This document shows, piece by piece, positions 50,931 to 64,000 of a stretch of DNA of 64,000 bases. The translations under genes and the position numbers were made by a program. Location of the stretch: contig OZ199840.1 of assembly GCA_964304625.1 (NCBI GenBank), positions 6,823,252 through 6,887,251 on the forward strand. The letters run 5' to 3'. The notes beneath the pieces are model-generated. The model worked only from the letters and a program-made list of their open reading frames with translations. It was not told the DNA's origin and ran no database searches. Position 1 is the stretch's first letter. Each line of letters begins with the position of its first letter. Source of the stretch: Kudoa neothunni. Lineage: Eukaryota; Animalia; Cnidaria.

Positions 50931-52589
50931 CCACCCAAGTGTCTTTCGGTTTTATGTGGCTCTAGACGACTTTCAAACGTATTTTTAACCAAGTTATACT
51001 TTATTGTTTTTAAAACTTCAACTATTGTCCTAAAACTTAATTTCCCTTATAAATTAAAAGTAATAAAGGAAATATAATCATAAATAAGTCTTTTACACAA
51101 AAAACGCGGTTAAAATTTATAAGTTCCTTATTATCGAAGAAACTCGTATGGACGCATTCGGCAATTTTCGAACAATGCCAACTAATATTTAGACGCCGAA
51201 AATCTATAGAACCACGTTATTTAAAATATGTTACAGTCAGATATCGATACTCTATAGCCCCATATTGCGTAATTTAATGTCCATTTTCACTTTATCATTA
51301 ATTTATTCATTTAAGTGGGCCATTCGTTCGTTATTATCCAAAGATATCTAAAATATATTTTTTAATGCAATTATTATTAATTAGGGGTAAAAATTTATCA
51401 TAATGGCCGTAATCTAAATCAGCGACAACGTACAAAACCGAACCCGTTGAATATTTTAATAATGAGTATTGATCAGTGTTGCATCGTCAGTAGGATACTT
51501 TCAGCAACCGCTATTTGTCATCACAATAGCATTTGCAGTAATCTATTAATGCAGAGACCTCCTAGCGTCTCGCGATTATTTCGACAGGCTGTATCACCAA
51601 TTAAGTTGGCCAAGTAAAGCATGCTCTGTGTTGCAGAATCTATGTCGGACAACTCTAATTTTGTTGGATTATCATATTTCACCCTTAGCAATTGCCTATT
51701 GTTAAATCTGACTATAAGAAAAAAGAATTCGTATTTTATGCAAGCATTAGGTGTTCAATTGTAGCAAATTCATAACCATAATATCAAAAATAATATATTG
51801 AATGAAGATAAGTCATTCCTAACAAAACTTATAGTACAGTCAAACCTCGATTATCCGGAAAATTTGGGACCGACGATTTTCTTTCCGGATTGCGAGGTTC
51901 CGGTTAATCGAACATAAACAATGTCTTGTGCGCGCGCGATTTTCCAACATTTCTGCTTAAAAGATTCTTTACATGATTATTATGCAATTTCTTACTACTT
52001 ATTAATTAGAATATTTTAACATCTGTCATTTAAATTAAAAATGTTGACATATCTATTAACTATGAATATGGAGACAAGGGAAAAACAGTACATAATTATG
52101 ATAGTTTTTACACTTCTACAGAGGAGTAATCTGTTTTTTTAAATAATCGGTAATTAATGTATGTTTAATGTACATAAAGGCCTACATTCAGATATAACAC
52201 AAATTTATATAAGAACTGGATGTTTAATATAAGTTTTAAAAGAAAAATCTGTTAATAAATAATCTAGAAATATGTTTTTTTTGAATATTTCATTGGTATA
52301 TATGCTACATTTTATTTGTAATACGGTGATGAGTTATACTTTTATCCAGAAATATGATTAAATAGTTTTTCCGGTTTCCGGATAATCGAGGTTCGACTGT
52401 ATAAATATAATGCTAATCTGGGTTTAAAAATACAGGATTAATATTCGAACTAATTATAATCTATAATCTGAAAATTCGGTCGCTACTCTGAATTTTAACC
52501 GATCCAGCTAATTTAACGTTTTAAGTGAGCAGTGAATTTAAGTGAAAGATGGCTTGAGGTCCATTTGGACCCCAAAAATGCTTGGAGGA
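50931..52589. mobile_element. piggyBac-like non-autonomous element
   Basis: TTAA-ccacccaagtg ... tgcttggagga-TTAA with a gaggtccatttggacccc subterminal palindrome. Paralog at 20062-28100. Confidence 0.7.
51837..52399. mobile_element. Tc1/mariner (pogo/Tigger-like) MITE
   Basis: 25-bp TIRs cagtc(a/g)aacctcgattatccggaaa with TA on both sides. Absent from the paralogous site near 27530. Confidence 0.92.
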
Positions 52590-53563
52590 TTAAAGTTTCA
52601 ATACTCCAAAGTATAAACATGGTTATCAATGATAATCCTAATTAGTTAAAATTTAATTTTCTAATTTAAACATCTTTTTTAATGCAAAAGCAGTAAATAG
52701 CAACTATAAGCGAGGAATGAGATAATTATTATATCCGAGTTAGCATTTAACTTACTAGATAAAATGAGAAGAATAAAAATAAATTTAGGTAAGTGTTATA
52801 TTTAAAAAAATTTGTTTAAAAATCAGAACGAAAGAAATTTTAAAAGGATATAGGCATAAAAAAGATTAACCATGTCAAGGGTTGATTACATGAGGAGGGT
52901 AAGTTTCTCTCCTAGTCATCGATTAAAAAAATAGAAAACTCTGAGGTTTAAACAGATTAAATTTTTCTTCTAGGCAACTTGATTCATGACTGAAGTTATC
53001 CGATAAAAATGGAAAGATTTTTACCTGAGACCAATGTTCTTCACATCTAGAGTTTGATTTAAATATGTTTAGAAGAGAAATTTTTGGTTCAAACTACTTT
53101 AAAAGCCTGGTTCAACTCATCCATCTTGGAATTACGTAAAGTTTTTGAAATATAATACCCTTAAATTATATGTAATAAATATTAATTTGATGATATTTTG
53201 GATCATGTATTTTAACAAAAAAGTTCAATAGCTCATAATCAATAAATTTCAAACGATAAAAAAATTATTAAAAAAACATTAATTTTCAATAAAAATATTT
53301 AGATATTGAATTAATTTATTACATAAAATTTTAAATACTAATATATTTGAAACTCTTGTTAATTTTACTAATAAAGAACTTTTAGGCGTTCTTGTTATTC
53401 ATTTCATAAGAGAACGAAATTAAGAAATGAAATATTGTGATAGAAAACAACATCGAAAATTAAGAATTGATAGATTATTCCATAATAAATATGAAGTGTA
53501 GGGATGTGATGAAAATCATGAATTCAAGATAATTGACGAAATATTTTTAGTTTTAGAATCAAA

Positions 53564-54699
53564 CTAGCGGGAACTGCCCAGTGTTGCTTGGGGAAGATTT
53601 CTCATAGAATCGTTTCTTAATAATATTCAAAAAATATATTCAAGTTACAAATTAACCCACAGATGCAAAATAATTAAAAATTTTTAAGTGACATTCAACG
53701 ATTCGGATTAGCGAAATTTAATTGATGATCATTTCTGTGAAGGAAAGTGTCAATCTCGGCGTTCATTTAAAGATTTTGCGGCCCGACACCAACGGTAAAT
53801 AATTTATTGTCAGTGCCGTATTTTTGTTGCATTCCCGAATTATTTAAATCGCCTTAAAATGTTACTCTAAACGTTAATTTTGGCCGGGCTCCGAAAGGTT
53901 GTGCACCACTGTTTAAGGGGACGAATAAATAGAAAAAGTTATAGAGTTAGAAGAAAATAGACAAGAATTAATTTTTATTGCTCAAATTAATATCTCTTGA
54001 TCCGGCAGGGGCTTAACGCATTTTTCCCAAGCAAACAGAAAAAAATCGCTTCAATATCAACATAAATAATTTATATAATTAGAAGGAATGAGATTACAAC
54101 CATCTGCATTGAATTTAATCACTGAAAGTTCAACATAGCGGACGATTTCAATGAAATCTACGGACGTGATGCATGTATTAAAAGTTCCAATCTATCTGAC
54201 TATAGAATTCCTTATCAAATCGCTATTAATGATGCAAACATAGACTTCCTTCCATATTTTAAACCATTAATAGAACTTTTAAAATATACTCATCAAGTCA
54301 TATACGTTAAAACTCCACAAATAAGGAGTGTATTTGTATATAATCCCAAATATACACGCCAACATTGTATAAAAAATCAGAAGATATCGCTTAATTTAAA
54401 TTTTATAAAGTATATAAGGAGGAAAGTTAACTTCAACCCACCACCAGCATGTCATAAGCAGGTGTTAATGCTATTGTTGAACTCAAGTAATCCGTTTAAC
54501 AATCTTTGAATCGACAAAATCATCATTTTCTAAACACGTTTGGGAACATTTGATAGTGTGAAAACGATTTAAAGATTTTTTGAAACATTGTAATGTTTAC
54601 AAAATTTCATAAATGTTTCTCTATAAGGAAAAAATTTTGAAGGCACATGCCTATTTGTTGACTCACACACGGATACTTCAGCTTTATATACATAGTAGA
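53564..54699 (-). mobile_element. Non-autonomous Helitron
   Basis: A|TCTACTATGTATATAAAG 5' end, hairpin cccaagcaacactggg then CTAG|T 3' end, no TSD. Confidence 0.85.
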
Positions 54700-54704
54700 T
54701 AATA

Positions 54705-56450
54705 GGGTAATAGAAGAGTATCCAGCTCCCTAAATTCGGCTTGTTCCGCGCAACTAATCTCCCCCTATTTCCGCGTGAATCAACTTATCACGATTTTAAA
54801 ATATGGTCACGAATAAAAATTTAACAAAATTTGTAGTCTTAACAATTTCATAAAAACACGCGTTGGGGCGTCATCGTTACACGAACATTACAATACGCAT
54901 GCTTCATCATTTAAGCTTTCACTCACAAGTCTGTGAGGAGCTTTCAAAAAATGACCTTGTTTAAGTTTAAATATATTTCTTTTAGATTACAATTTTTGCA
55001 TAACTCGAATTCGCGTAATACTTAAGTTATCATGAATAAACTATATCAGCTTGTGTTCATTTTTATATTTATATTGTTCGATAAGTTTCCGTCACATTAG
55101 GAAGTTATAACTTTAAACATTATCTTCAGATTATTTTTATACTCGAGTTTATTATTTAGCATAGATAAAAATAGAAATTTCATCCGCTACAGAATCTTAG
55201 ATCATATTTTTACATATTTTGCTCGTGTGAGACAAAACCATGAATAGGAACTACTAATAAACAATCGAGTTAACTTTGATCATAATATATACGCATTGAG
55301 TTATTAAAATGCTCAAAAATTTCCCATGAATTTTTGAATTTTGAGCGCAGCCATGCCTCAATTAGGTATGAGTTTAAATAAACTCGAGGAACATTGTCCT
55401 TTCTTCGAATAGTTTTTGTTTTTAAATGGTGCCCCTCAGGGGTAACATATTCCCTTGAATGATTCACAGTTACATGGTTATAGTCATGAATCCTTAATGT
55501 GGAATACCCCATCCATTCGTCTGTGAAAATAGTCGTTCCCCTCTCCGCCTCTTGTATAATTAGACGAATCAAAGTTTTTTGTCTTATTTATTGACAACAA
55601 AAAATCTTGACTCTAATAACTTCCGGTTTCCTTGAGGGTCCACAGAACACTCACATATACCAACAACCCAAAGCCCATTTACACGGTTTTGATATCGTTC
55701 AGCTCGCTGTCGAGTGATATTTGAGATGGAAGTAGTTCTTAACACACTGGAACGTAGAGTGATATTTGGAGTTGCTCTCCAATGATCCAAACCCCAAGAT
55801 CGGCCCCGATTATATTTTCGTCGACCACGGAGCAAACATTCGTCAATTTCGATGATTTTGTTAATACCGCCCATTTTTTCTCTTCTCTGAAACTTTGATA
55901 ACAAAGTTTTATTATTTTGGGAAACCAAAAAGTGATTGTTTTTCAGTTATGTTGACTAACATTGTAACTCTACAACATTGCTCTTCCATGCACCAGAGAT
56001 ACAATAATTTAAATATCTGAGAAACCGTGACTTGCGATGTGTTTCTATCCGAATTATTTTTCGTTTCAAAAAACGTGTTGGTTCTAGGGAAATAATGAGT
56101 TCGACATCTGCAATGATTGAGAATGAAAGTATGTATAATTTATTTAACTTACTTTCTACAAATATAGGTAAACTTTTCAGCGTCGTCAGTGAGTAATTGG
56201 CCAGATGAATTATGAACTCTTGTCCCTACTTGTAAACTAAATGTGTTGCGTCTGCGACAATTTGGACACCTCGTTGGCATTTTATTAATCAATCCTTTAT
56301 CCAACAAGAAAATTAATAATATATTCACATCAAGTAGAATAGCATTAAATCGTCTTTGCGTCATAATGTCCGCCATGAGGTGATCCACGTTAACGAGAAT
56401 TAAGTTGGGATATGATATTAACAATCAGACTACACATAGGAATATTAACG
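54705..56450 (-). mobile_element. Merlin/ISXO2 transposase pseudogene; element boundaries uncertain
   Basis: CPNC zinc ribbon, KMGGINKIIEIDECLLRGRRKYNRGR, WVVG, GTTIFTDEWMGY, HVTVNHS and LNSYLIEAW. Confidence 0.88.
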
Positions 56451-57012
56451 AAATCAAATATTCTTACATTTAAAATACACATCTCTGTCTACTATATGCG
56501 CAACTGTATTTTCATATTTATATAATTCCTTTTCCTAGTTATCATAGCTACATACATGTGAAGAATTTTAGCCAATTTGGCATTTCATCTGTTATTATGT
56601 TCAATATTTAATGGTAAAATAATTATCGAAATGTCGACCGAATACTTACATTCATTGAATTAAACGAGTAACTCTACTACTTCTTCAAGGTTACGTTTTT
56701 AAACACATATTTTGCCTCCCCAACGTTTAATTACGTTATAATGAATTAGAGAATATATTGTGCATTACTATTAATAAATTAGATATAACATTTCATAAAC
56801 ATGATTGTCTATGGGGTTAACATATTATTAGTGATACCTCAAATAAGTTTAAAAATTGAAATTTATTCAAATATATGACGAGAGAATCATAAAATGATAA
56901 AAAATTGTTTTTATGAAAAAAATATTTTAAACATTCAATAAAGTGTAAAGTGACAAAAATATATTTGTATTTCTAATACGAATTTTTTGTATATCGTAAA
57001 ATTTATCCTTTA

Positions 57013-58862
57013 TCTACTATATATATAAAGCTGAAGTGTCCCTGTGTGTGACCAGGGCTGCCAGCGGGATTTTAGAAAAAACCCAAGGTCGAGAAAAACG
57101 CTAGTCTAAAATACAACGAAAAATAAAGTCATATCTATTTAAGTTTTTAATCATCTTCCAAGTCTTCAAATACGTCTACAGATATTAAATTTAAATTTAT
57201 CGTCGTATTATTGCAATTTATTGGCGCGAACACTCGTTCAAACTTAATGTCTAGTATAGATCAATATGCTCACAATGAATTAATTAATTCATAGTTCAAG
57301 ATATATTTTGAAATATCATTAAATTTTCTAATAATGTACGACAACGTTAATTGAACAATAGTGCAATCGTGTCCCGTTAAACATACTATTGTGCTGTCGT
57401 TCAATATCGTAAATGTTTAACCCCTGCACGATATAATCTGAGTAGGATACGTTATTAAAAATATGAATATTAATGTCGCACATAATAAAATTTGTGTTAT
57501 TATTCAATGTTTACAGGTTTGCAATAAAAACCCAAGATTTTGTAAAAAATGAAAAAAACCCCCAAGAACCCAAGGTGACCATAAAAATCCCAAGATCTTG
57601 GGGAAAAACCCAAGCAGTGGACGCCCTGTGTGTGGCAGCGAGTACGCATGTGCGTCAGTATTTTTTCCTTATAGAGAGACATTTATGGAATGTTTTTAAG
57701 TTATAATGTTCCTAAAAATATTTAGAAAATAGTGATTTTGTCGATTCAAAGTTTGTTTATCGGATTACTTGAGTTTAACAATAAGATTAACACCTGCTTA
57801 TGACCTGCTGATGGTCGGTCGAAGTTAACTTTCCTCGTTATATACTTTATCAAATGTAAATTAAGTAATATCATCTGACTTTTTAAATAATGTTGGCGTG
57901 CATATTAGGGATTTTGTGCAAATACACTCATTTGTGGAGTTTTAACGTATTTGGCTCGATAAGCACACTTCGAAGGTTCTATTAATTGTTTTAGATATGG
58001 AAAAAAGTCAATATATGTTTCGTTAATGACGAATTTGTGGAGAACGTTAAAATCAAATTGATTGAAGCATTATAATGGAAATACTGCGTCCGTGGATTTC
58101 ATTGAAATCGTCCGTTTAGTTGAACTTTCCATGATTAAATTCAATGCAGATGGTTGTACTTTTATTTCACCTAATTATTTAAATTGTTTATGAGAAAAAG
58201 CACGTTAAAGTTTATGTCGGGCCAAAGAATATTTATTTGAGCGATCAAAATTAATTTTACTATGTTTTCTATCTCTATATATTTTTTATCTCCCATGAAC
58301 AGCTGTGCATAAGCTTTCTGAGCCGGGCCGGAATTCGACGTTGAAAACTCCTAGGGTCAAAAAATAACGTTTTAAATAACACTTTAAGGGAATGTAAATA
58401 ATTCGGGATGCAAATTTAAATACGACACTGACGTTAAATTATTTAGTTTTGGTGCCGTGCCCCGATATTTTTAAATGAACACCGAGATTGGTATACTCCT
58501 TCATAGATATGATCAAAATTTAAATTTCATATTCACAGTCGTTAAAATATAAAGCTTTAAAACAATTTTTTGTTTGATTGCATCTATAGCAGCGCTTCTC
58601 AACTAAAATTGAACTAGCATCCCCATTTGATGTCAAAACGAGATTCGTACCCTTTGCATACGGCAAGGTGTAACTGACTCTAAATTTCTCAAAAATTATT
58701 TTCAATTTTGATCGGATCTCGTATCTCCTAAGGTACGAGCGCCCCCAGTTGGGAACACGTGATCTATGGGTCACTTTGACATATTAATATCGTTTTTGAA
58801 TGTTATTAAGAAACGTATCTCCGCGGGATTTGCCCTAAGCGAAGTTGGGCGGTTCCCGCTAG
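57013..58862 (+). mobile_element. Non-autonomous Helitron, unit 1 of a tandem pair
   Basis: A|TCTACTATATATATAAAG 5' end; gccctaagcgaagttgggc hairpin plus CTAG 3' end; body is the inverted paralog of 53564-54699. Confidence 0.85.
57053..57628. mobile_element. hAT MITE nested in the Helitron
   Basis: TIRs cagggctgcca and tggacgccctg; TSD tgtgtgac/tgtgtggc; paralog at 24842-25430. Confidence 0.9.
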
Positions 58863-61016
58863 TATATATAAAGCTGATTTTCCCGTGAGTGTGTCAGCTA
58901 GTACGCTTGTGCGACAAAACTTCCTCATCATATAACCTTATTCATGAAACTTTTAACAGTTTTTGATATAGTGAAAAATCTTTCAATTATAATTCACTCA
59001 TAAAAGCTCCAAATGTATTTAGACAATGGTGATTTTATCGGTTTTAAGTTTATTTAACGGATTACGCGGTTTCAACAATAAGATTAACAATCACTTATTT
59101 CAGAGAAGGAGTTAGTTGGAGTTAACATTATCCCCTAATATGCTCTAATCAATTATTAAATTAATGATACCGTCTATTTCAGGGGTCGGCAGCCGATATG
59201 ACCGAATGAGCCAATTATTGATGGTGGGGAAAATTTATTTACTTCCAGAGCCGCGCATTAAATTTAGACTCAAAAATAAAAATATTTAACTTTGAAACCA
59301 TGAATATATGCATTTCAGAAAAATCAGGAGAAAATTATCAAATTAGTCTATTTACGCATTTTTCTGTAACTAATTAACATATTTTTATTATTAGTATTTT
59401 AATGCAGGGATAAATAATAAAAGTAAAAACAGTATGCGCTTGAATTTGTCTGATTACTTCAAATAACATTATAATTTCATTTTCAATAATTTCCATTATG
59501 ATGAATTAGACATTTTACCATTGACTTGTATACAACAAATATACAATATAAAATTCACTTTCATGAATAATCTTGTCAACAAAAAGAAAGTTTCAACCAT
59601 ATAATTTAACCTTTTAAAATTGAAGGAGTTACTTTCTAATGTATTTTCCTGAATTTAATTATTTCAACGACATATATGGGGTTTTCATTGTATTAAAATT
59701 AAAAAACTTTTAATATTACAAGAAAATGCTTTTTAATGGATAAAATTTAATGAAAATGTATGTATGTATGTATGACTACTTTTTTGTGTAAAAAATTTGA
59801 GTCAACAAAATTTTGAAACTGGAAAAACTATCAACAATTGAACAAGTCTAATTTAAAGGTTTAATAAAAGTGGTGCGTGTAAACAAAAAAGATGTACTCT
59901 GTGTAGTACTCGAAAAATATATTTTTAGGTAGTTTCAATTTAATAATAACCTTTTTGTTAAGGAGGAATTTTGATTTACGACAAAGAATAATTTTTTTAT
60001 TTGAAACCGCAGATAAAATTGGGAACATTTAGAGTTATTGTGCCTCATTAATAATTGTATATGCATAGGACAATGTTCTATGAAGAATTTTTAAAATTTA
60101 AAATTTGTTTGTATTTGCTGAATCATTTCTTTATATATTTAACTTTTAAATTGCAAATTAAGAAAATTAGTTCAAGTTGATGTGAATTGGAGTATCATAC
60201 ATTCTTTCAATATCCATATATTTCCCCTAAAAAATAATTTATGTATGATGAAAATTCAAAATTTGAACGTAATAACGAGTTCATCGACTGGGAATTATAT
60301 AATTTCTTCGCGTTTTAACCTTGGATATTGTAGTTTATATTATTCACGTAAAGTGGGGGAGCCTCAGGTTGCAGTCCCCTGGTCTATCTGTATACATAAA
60401 ATGGGCCCGCCTATTTATAAGGTGTGCGTTAGTACACTCTTTAAGCAGAGACTTTATATATTTGACTTGATAGGTACATCTTAAAATCCCATTAATGGTT
60501 TAAGTGCAATGAAAAGGTAAAAATTTGTTAAATTCATGATGAATTGGTATCGTTAATTACAATCAGACAGATTAAAGCCCTAAATATTTGGACTTGATCT
60601 TCAAATTTCATTAAAACGCCCTTAAAATTTAACCTTAAGCGATAAGATTTAATGTGTATTTTGAAATTTTACTTTACATAATTATTTATAATATTTATGT
60701 TGATTTCAAATGGCTAAAAAGCTGTTTGAAGAAAGAGTGACAAAAATATGCCGGATAAAGGAATGTTAAGTTGAATCAAAAATAAACCGCCGCAATTTAT
60801 CATCGAGTGATATAGTTTTTTCTATTTTTAGGATCACCTCAAAATGATCATAATTTTAACTGTGATTATCATGGTCTTTAAAAGTGATATATACAAAAAA
60901 TTTAGTGTAAATCCTTCTGCAAGTTAATTGAAAGGAATCATATATTTTTTTATTATTAAACATGTTCTCATGATAAAATATTTCCGATCCTTGCGAAACT
61001 GGGCCATTCGCGCTAG
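58863..61016 (+). mobile_element. Non-autonomous Helitron, unit 2 (diverged), containing a hAT MITE
   Basis: Begins TATATATAAAGCTG...gtgtgtcagc directly after the CTAG of unit 1. The homologous body resumes after 60389 and ends ...gggccattcgcgCTAG|T. Confidence 0.75.
59180..60381. mobile_element. hAT (Buster-type) MITE
   Basis: TIRs caggggtcggcagcc and ggttgcagtcccctg; TSD gtctattt/gtctatct with central TA. Confidence 0.85.
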
Positions 61017-61518
61017 TTAACATATCTAGGAATAAATACGGGTTTTTTAAGTTGGTACGAATGAAAAAGTATTTATCTCTTAATTCTAATTTTAACAAAT
61101 TTATTTATGTTACACTACATTATTTAGTTAATATTTTAAATTGAATTAGATAGCGATAAAACTTCTCTCATATTTTTTTACAACCATAGCAAAATATATT
61201 TATTTGACCCAAGAGTTATCATTTTAATAGGTAGATTTAAAAGGGTTCGATATACATTGTTAAAGGCATTTTTGAATGTTTCTCAGTCTGTTGATTGGTT
61301 TGTCGAGGTACAATAGATTTCTCATTAACTTCACATTCTACACAGTGGTTTCGAACAATACTTTTTTGCTACCAGGCCGCTAATACACATTACATTTAGG
61401 AGGACTGATTAAAAAATAATACGTATATTAAACAACTGAAAACAATTATTCATTATTCGAAAAGTATAGAATTTATTTATCGTAATTGTAACTTTAAATA
61501 TGCAAGAGAGATTGTGAT

Positions 61519-63774
61519 TCAACATTGACAAGTTGGAACTCTTGGATAATGACTATAATCTTCCAAAATTTCTTCAGGACTTCTGTTATACGTTTCAGCC
61601 ATAAACAGCCAGACATATAAAGAAATCAAGACGTTTACTACCAAAAACAAGATCAGAATATTCATTCCAATTTTATTATAAGGCTAAAATGTTGATAGAA
61701 TCAAAAAAACAACTAAGTAATATACAATTAAAAAAACAATAGCGTTGGAAAGCCAATTTGCTATGACACCTAAACTTTGAGCGCTTGCTATTGCGTTTGG
61801 AGGAAAAACTTCCATCGAAATAAACCAGACGAGAGGACCTTATAATATAATTCATTTTATTATATATATATATATATAAAATTTACCGGGACCAACTTGG
61901 AATATTACCACGAAAAATGCAAACGATCCTATTATCGCTCCAACATGAACCTAGTCTCAATTGATCGAAATAGGTAACCAATTGAATACATACCGTTCCA
62001 ATATTATAAAATATCACTATTAAGGTAGTACATACTGCCATTAAGCCAAACCCCAATATCAGAGTTATTTTTCTTCTGAAACGAGTGACTGCAGGTGCCT
62101 ATCAGTGAATATTGGATTTAACATAAAATTTGAGAATTCCAACTATAAGTATACAAATATGCAAGATCCTAGCAGTCCGGATCCAATTATCATGAGGGAC
62201 TTGAGGTCTGGTCTTGTTACTTGCATATTTTTGAGAAGATTAGGACAAAACGCCATAACCGCATTTATCCCACTAAGTTGTTGCGCTGCATTGATAAATA
62301 TGCAACTAATAGCAGCTAGTCGGAATTCCCCTCTTCTGAAAAGCTCAAGCATTGTGATATTAGAAGCTTTGGTATTTTCTTGATCAGCTGAGGTTTGGAT
62401 TTTTTGTAAATATGACGGAGCATTATCACCATGAACATCCTTTAAAACTAAACAATTAATTCTATAAAGAATTCCATAAATCCAATAATAAGGGTTACTT
62501 TTGAGGGTTTTAACAGGATCTTTATACTTCGAATATACAAAAATTGGACTCTCAGGAAGAATAAATGTTACCACTCCCAACACAATACTCAAACCAGTTG
62601 TGATCAAATATGAAAATTGGTAAACAGACCCCATTGTTTCAGGGACAAGCAAACAGCAAATGGACAAAATTCCAAAGTTGATCAAAATTTGAACCATTGG
62701 TTTTGCGTATTTAGCGTGTGAATCGTTCATCAGCTCAAACATATGAACCACCGCTGTCACCATGATGCCAGCTATCGAAAAATTTTTAAACATTGAAGCA
62801 ACAACAACTTGATAAACTAACAAAAATTCACATACATGATCCAATGCCATCGAAAAATCTTCCCGCAATAAGGAGCCAGAATGATGTGTACACTGATATA
62901 CATTTGAAAACTGAGCCAAGAATCACCGACACTATGTACAGATATGTGCCCTTTTTTCTACCCAAAGTGTTGACCACGAAGTTTGCACTTAAAGCACCAA
63001 CCAAGCCTCCCAATGGATAGAGACACACTGAACTTGCATAAGCCGTAGGAAAATCATTTCTTCGCACGTCTAATGGATTTCTTCCGTCTGAAAACCCCAT
63101 TTTGACTGAAAAATACCCCAATACTTCCTATGATGTAGATACTAATAAATACGTGCTCATCAATCAATAAAATATACATCTTCATTGAATAAAGCACTTA
63201 TATGGAAACCCATAATAAGAGGAGCAGTTAGTAAAAGAAAAGACAAAAGGTGATATTTGTTGAATCCTTCTGATTTCATCTCAGCTACGTCAGGTTGTGA
63301 TTCGGCAGCAGGAGCAGATTTATTAGCTTTGTCTAAATAATTATACGATTAGACATAGAAATAATAATTATATCGGATTTTTAATAATGCTTTGATATAA
63401 AATTTGGTTAATGAATGAAAGCATCAAATAAAAATCTACCGTTTATGTTTTGATCTTCTGATTCGGATTTTTTGTCATTGCTGGTGCTGCTTCTGCTTTT
63501 GCTACTGCTAGCGTCTTCTTCTTTAACAAGTTAATTTAGATTTTTATTTATAATTCCAATACGTTTGTTTATAGGCAAATAATATTACTTACCAGAGGAT
63601 ATTTGTGATTCTGTCGCCCTATCTTCACTTGATATAGAATCGTTGCTTTTTTCGTTATCACCTATCAAAAAGTAAAGTATATCAAAATAAAATACTATAT
63701 GTAAATTAATGAGAGCTAAATTAATTAACACGATCCTAGCTAAAATTAACATCAATTGAATTACTTCCAGACAT
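61519..63774 (-). CDS. Divergent facilitated sugar transporter (GLUT/SLC2A-like, MFS sugar porter family), multi-exon
   Basis: Motifs GGLVGA, LGRK, GRFFDG, PESP, QQLSGINAV, FQVGPG|PLVWFISMEVF, ANWLSN and AET. Short GT-AG introns. Putative start exon ATGTCTGGAA at 63774-63765. Confidence 0.88.
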
Positions 63775-64000
63775 CTTATCTTTAACTTATTCGTTCACTC
63801 TAAATACGTATAGATTAATAGGTTTCTCACATAAAAAAATTAAAAATTTTTACTCAACAAGTCTAGAATGAAATAATAACTTCGTTATTAATCCCAAAAT
63901 GGAATTAACGTAATTACGTATTAATTCAGATTGAGGGGAACTTTATGTGGGTTAAAAATGAATTTTTACTATTATCTTGTATTTCTCTATATTGATGAGT

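Noticed and set aside
53564-58862. Large inverted repeat flanking a Merlin transposase, as a composite transposon
   Set aside because: The arms are two independent, diverged Helitron copies with their own A|T insertion signatures, and there is no shared TSD.

Overview
This is AT-rich eukaryotic DNA with short (~40-55 nt) GT-AG introns. Animal-type genes that are strongly divergent suggest a compact-intron parasite such as a myxozoan, but that is inference only. Six spliced host genes are recognisable: LSM5, RPS28, LMBRD2, DNAJC5 (cysteine string protein), NOLC1/Nopp140 and a divergent GLUT/SLC2A sugar transporter. They sit among densely nested, mostly decayed transposons: IS630/Tc1, piggyBac, hAT (Buster and Tip/Ac-like), Mutator-like, Merlin/ISXO2, non-autonomous Helitrons, a tRNA-derived SINE and a near-intact 4.05-kb Ty3/gypsy element. 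Five structures stand out. (1) A Mutator-like element has the same 8-bp site in both terminal inverted repeats (TIRs) hit by three different hAT elements, and an independent locus also shows stacked hAT insertions sharing one target-site duplication (TSD). (2) The gypsy element has 88-bp LTRs and a clear G-GGA-AAC plus stem-loop -1 frameshift signal. (3) Two Helitrons are joined head to tail. (4) A MULE with 189-bp perfect TIRs carries decayed cargo that may be USP-like. (5) A hairpin-dense segment lies between RPS28 and LSM5. All calls come from manual reading; no database searches were run.
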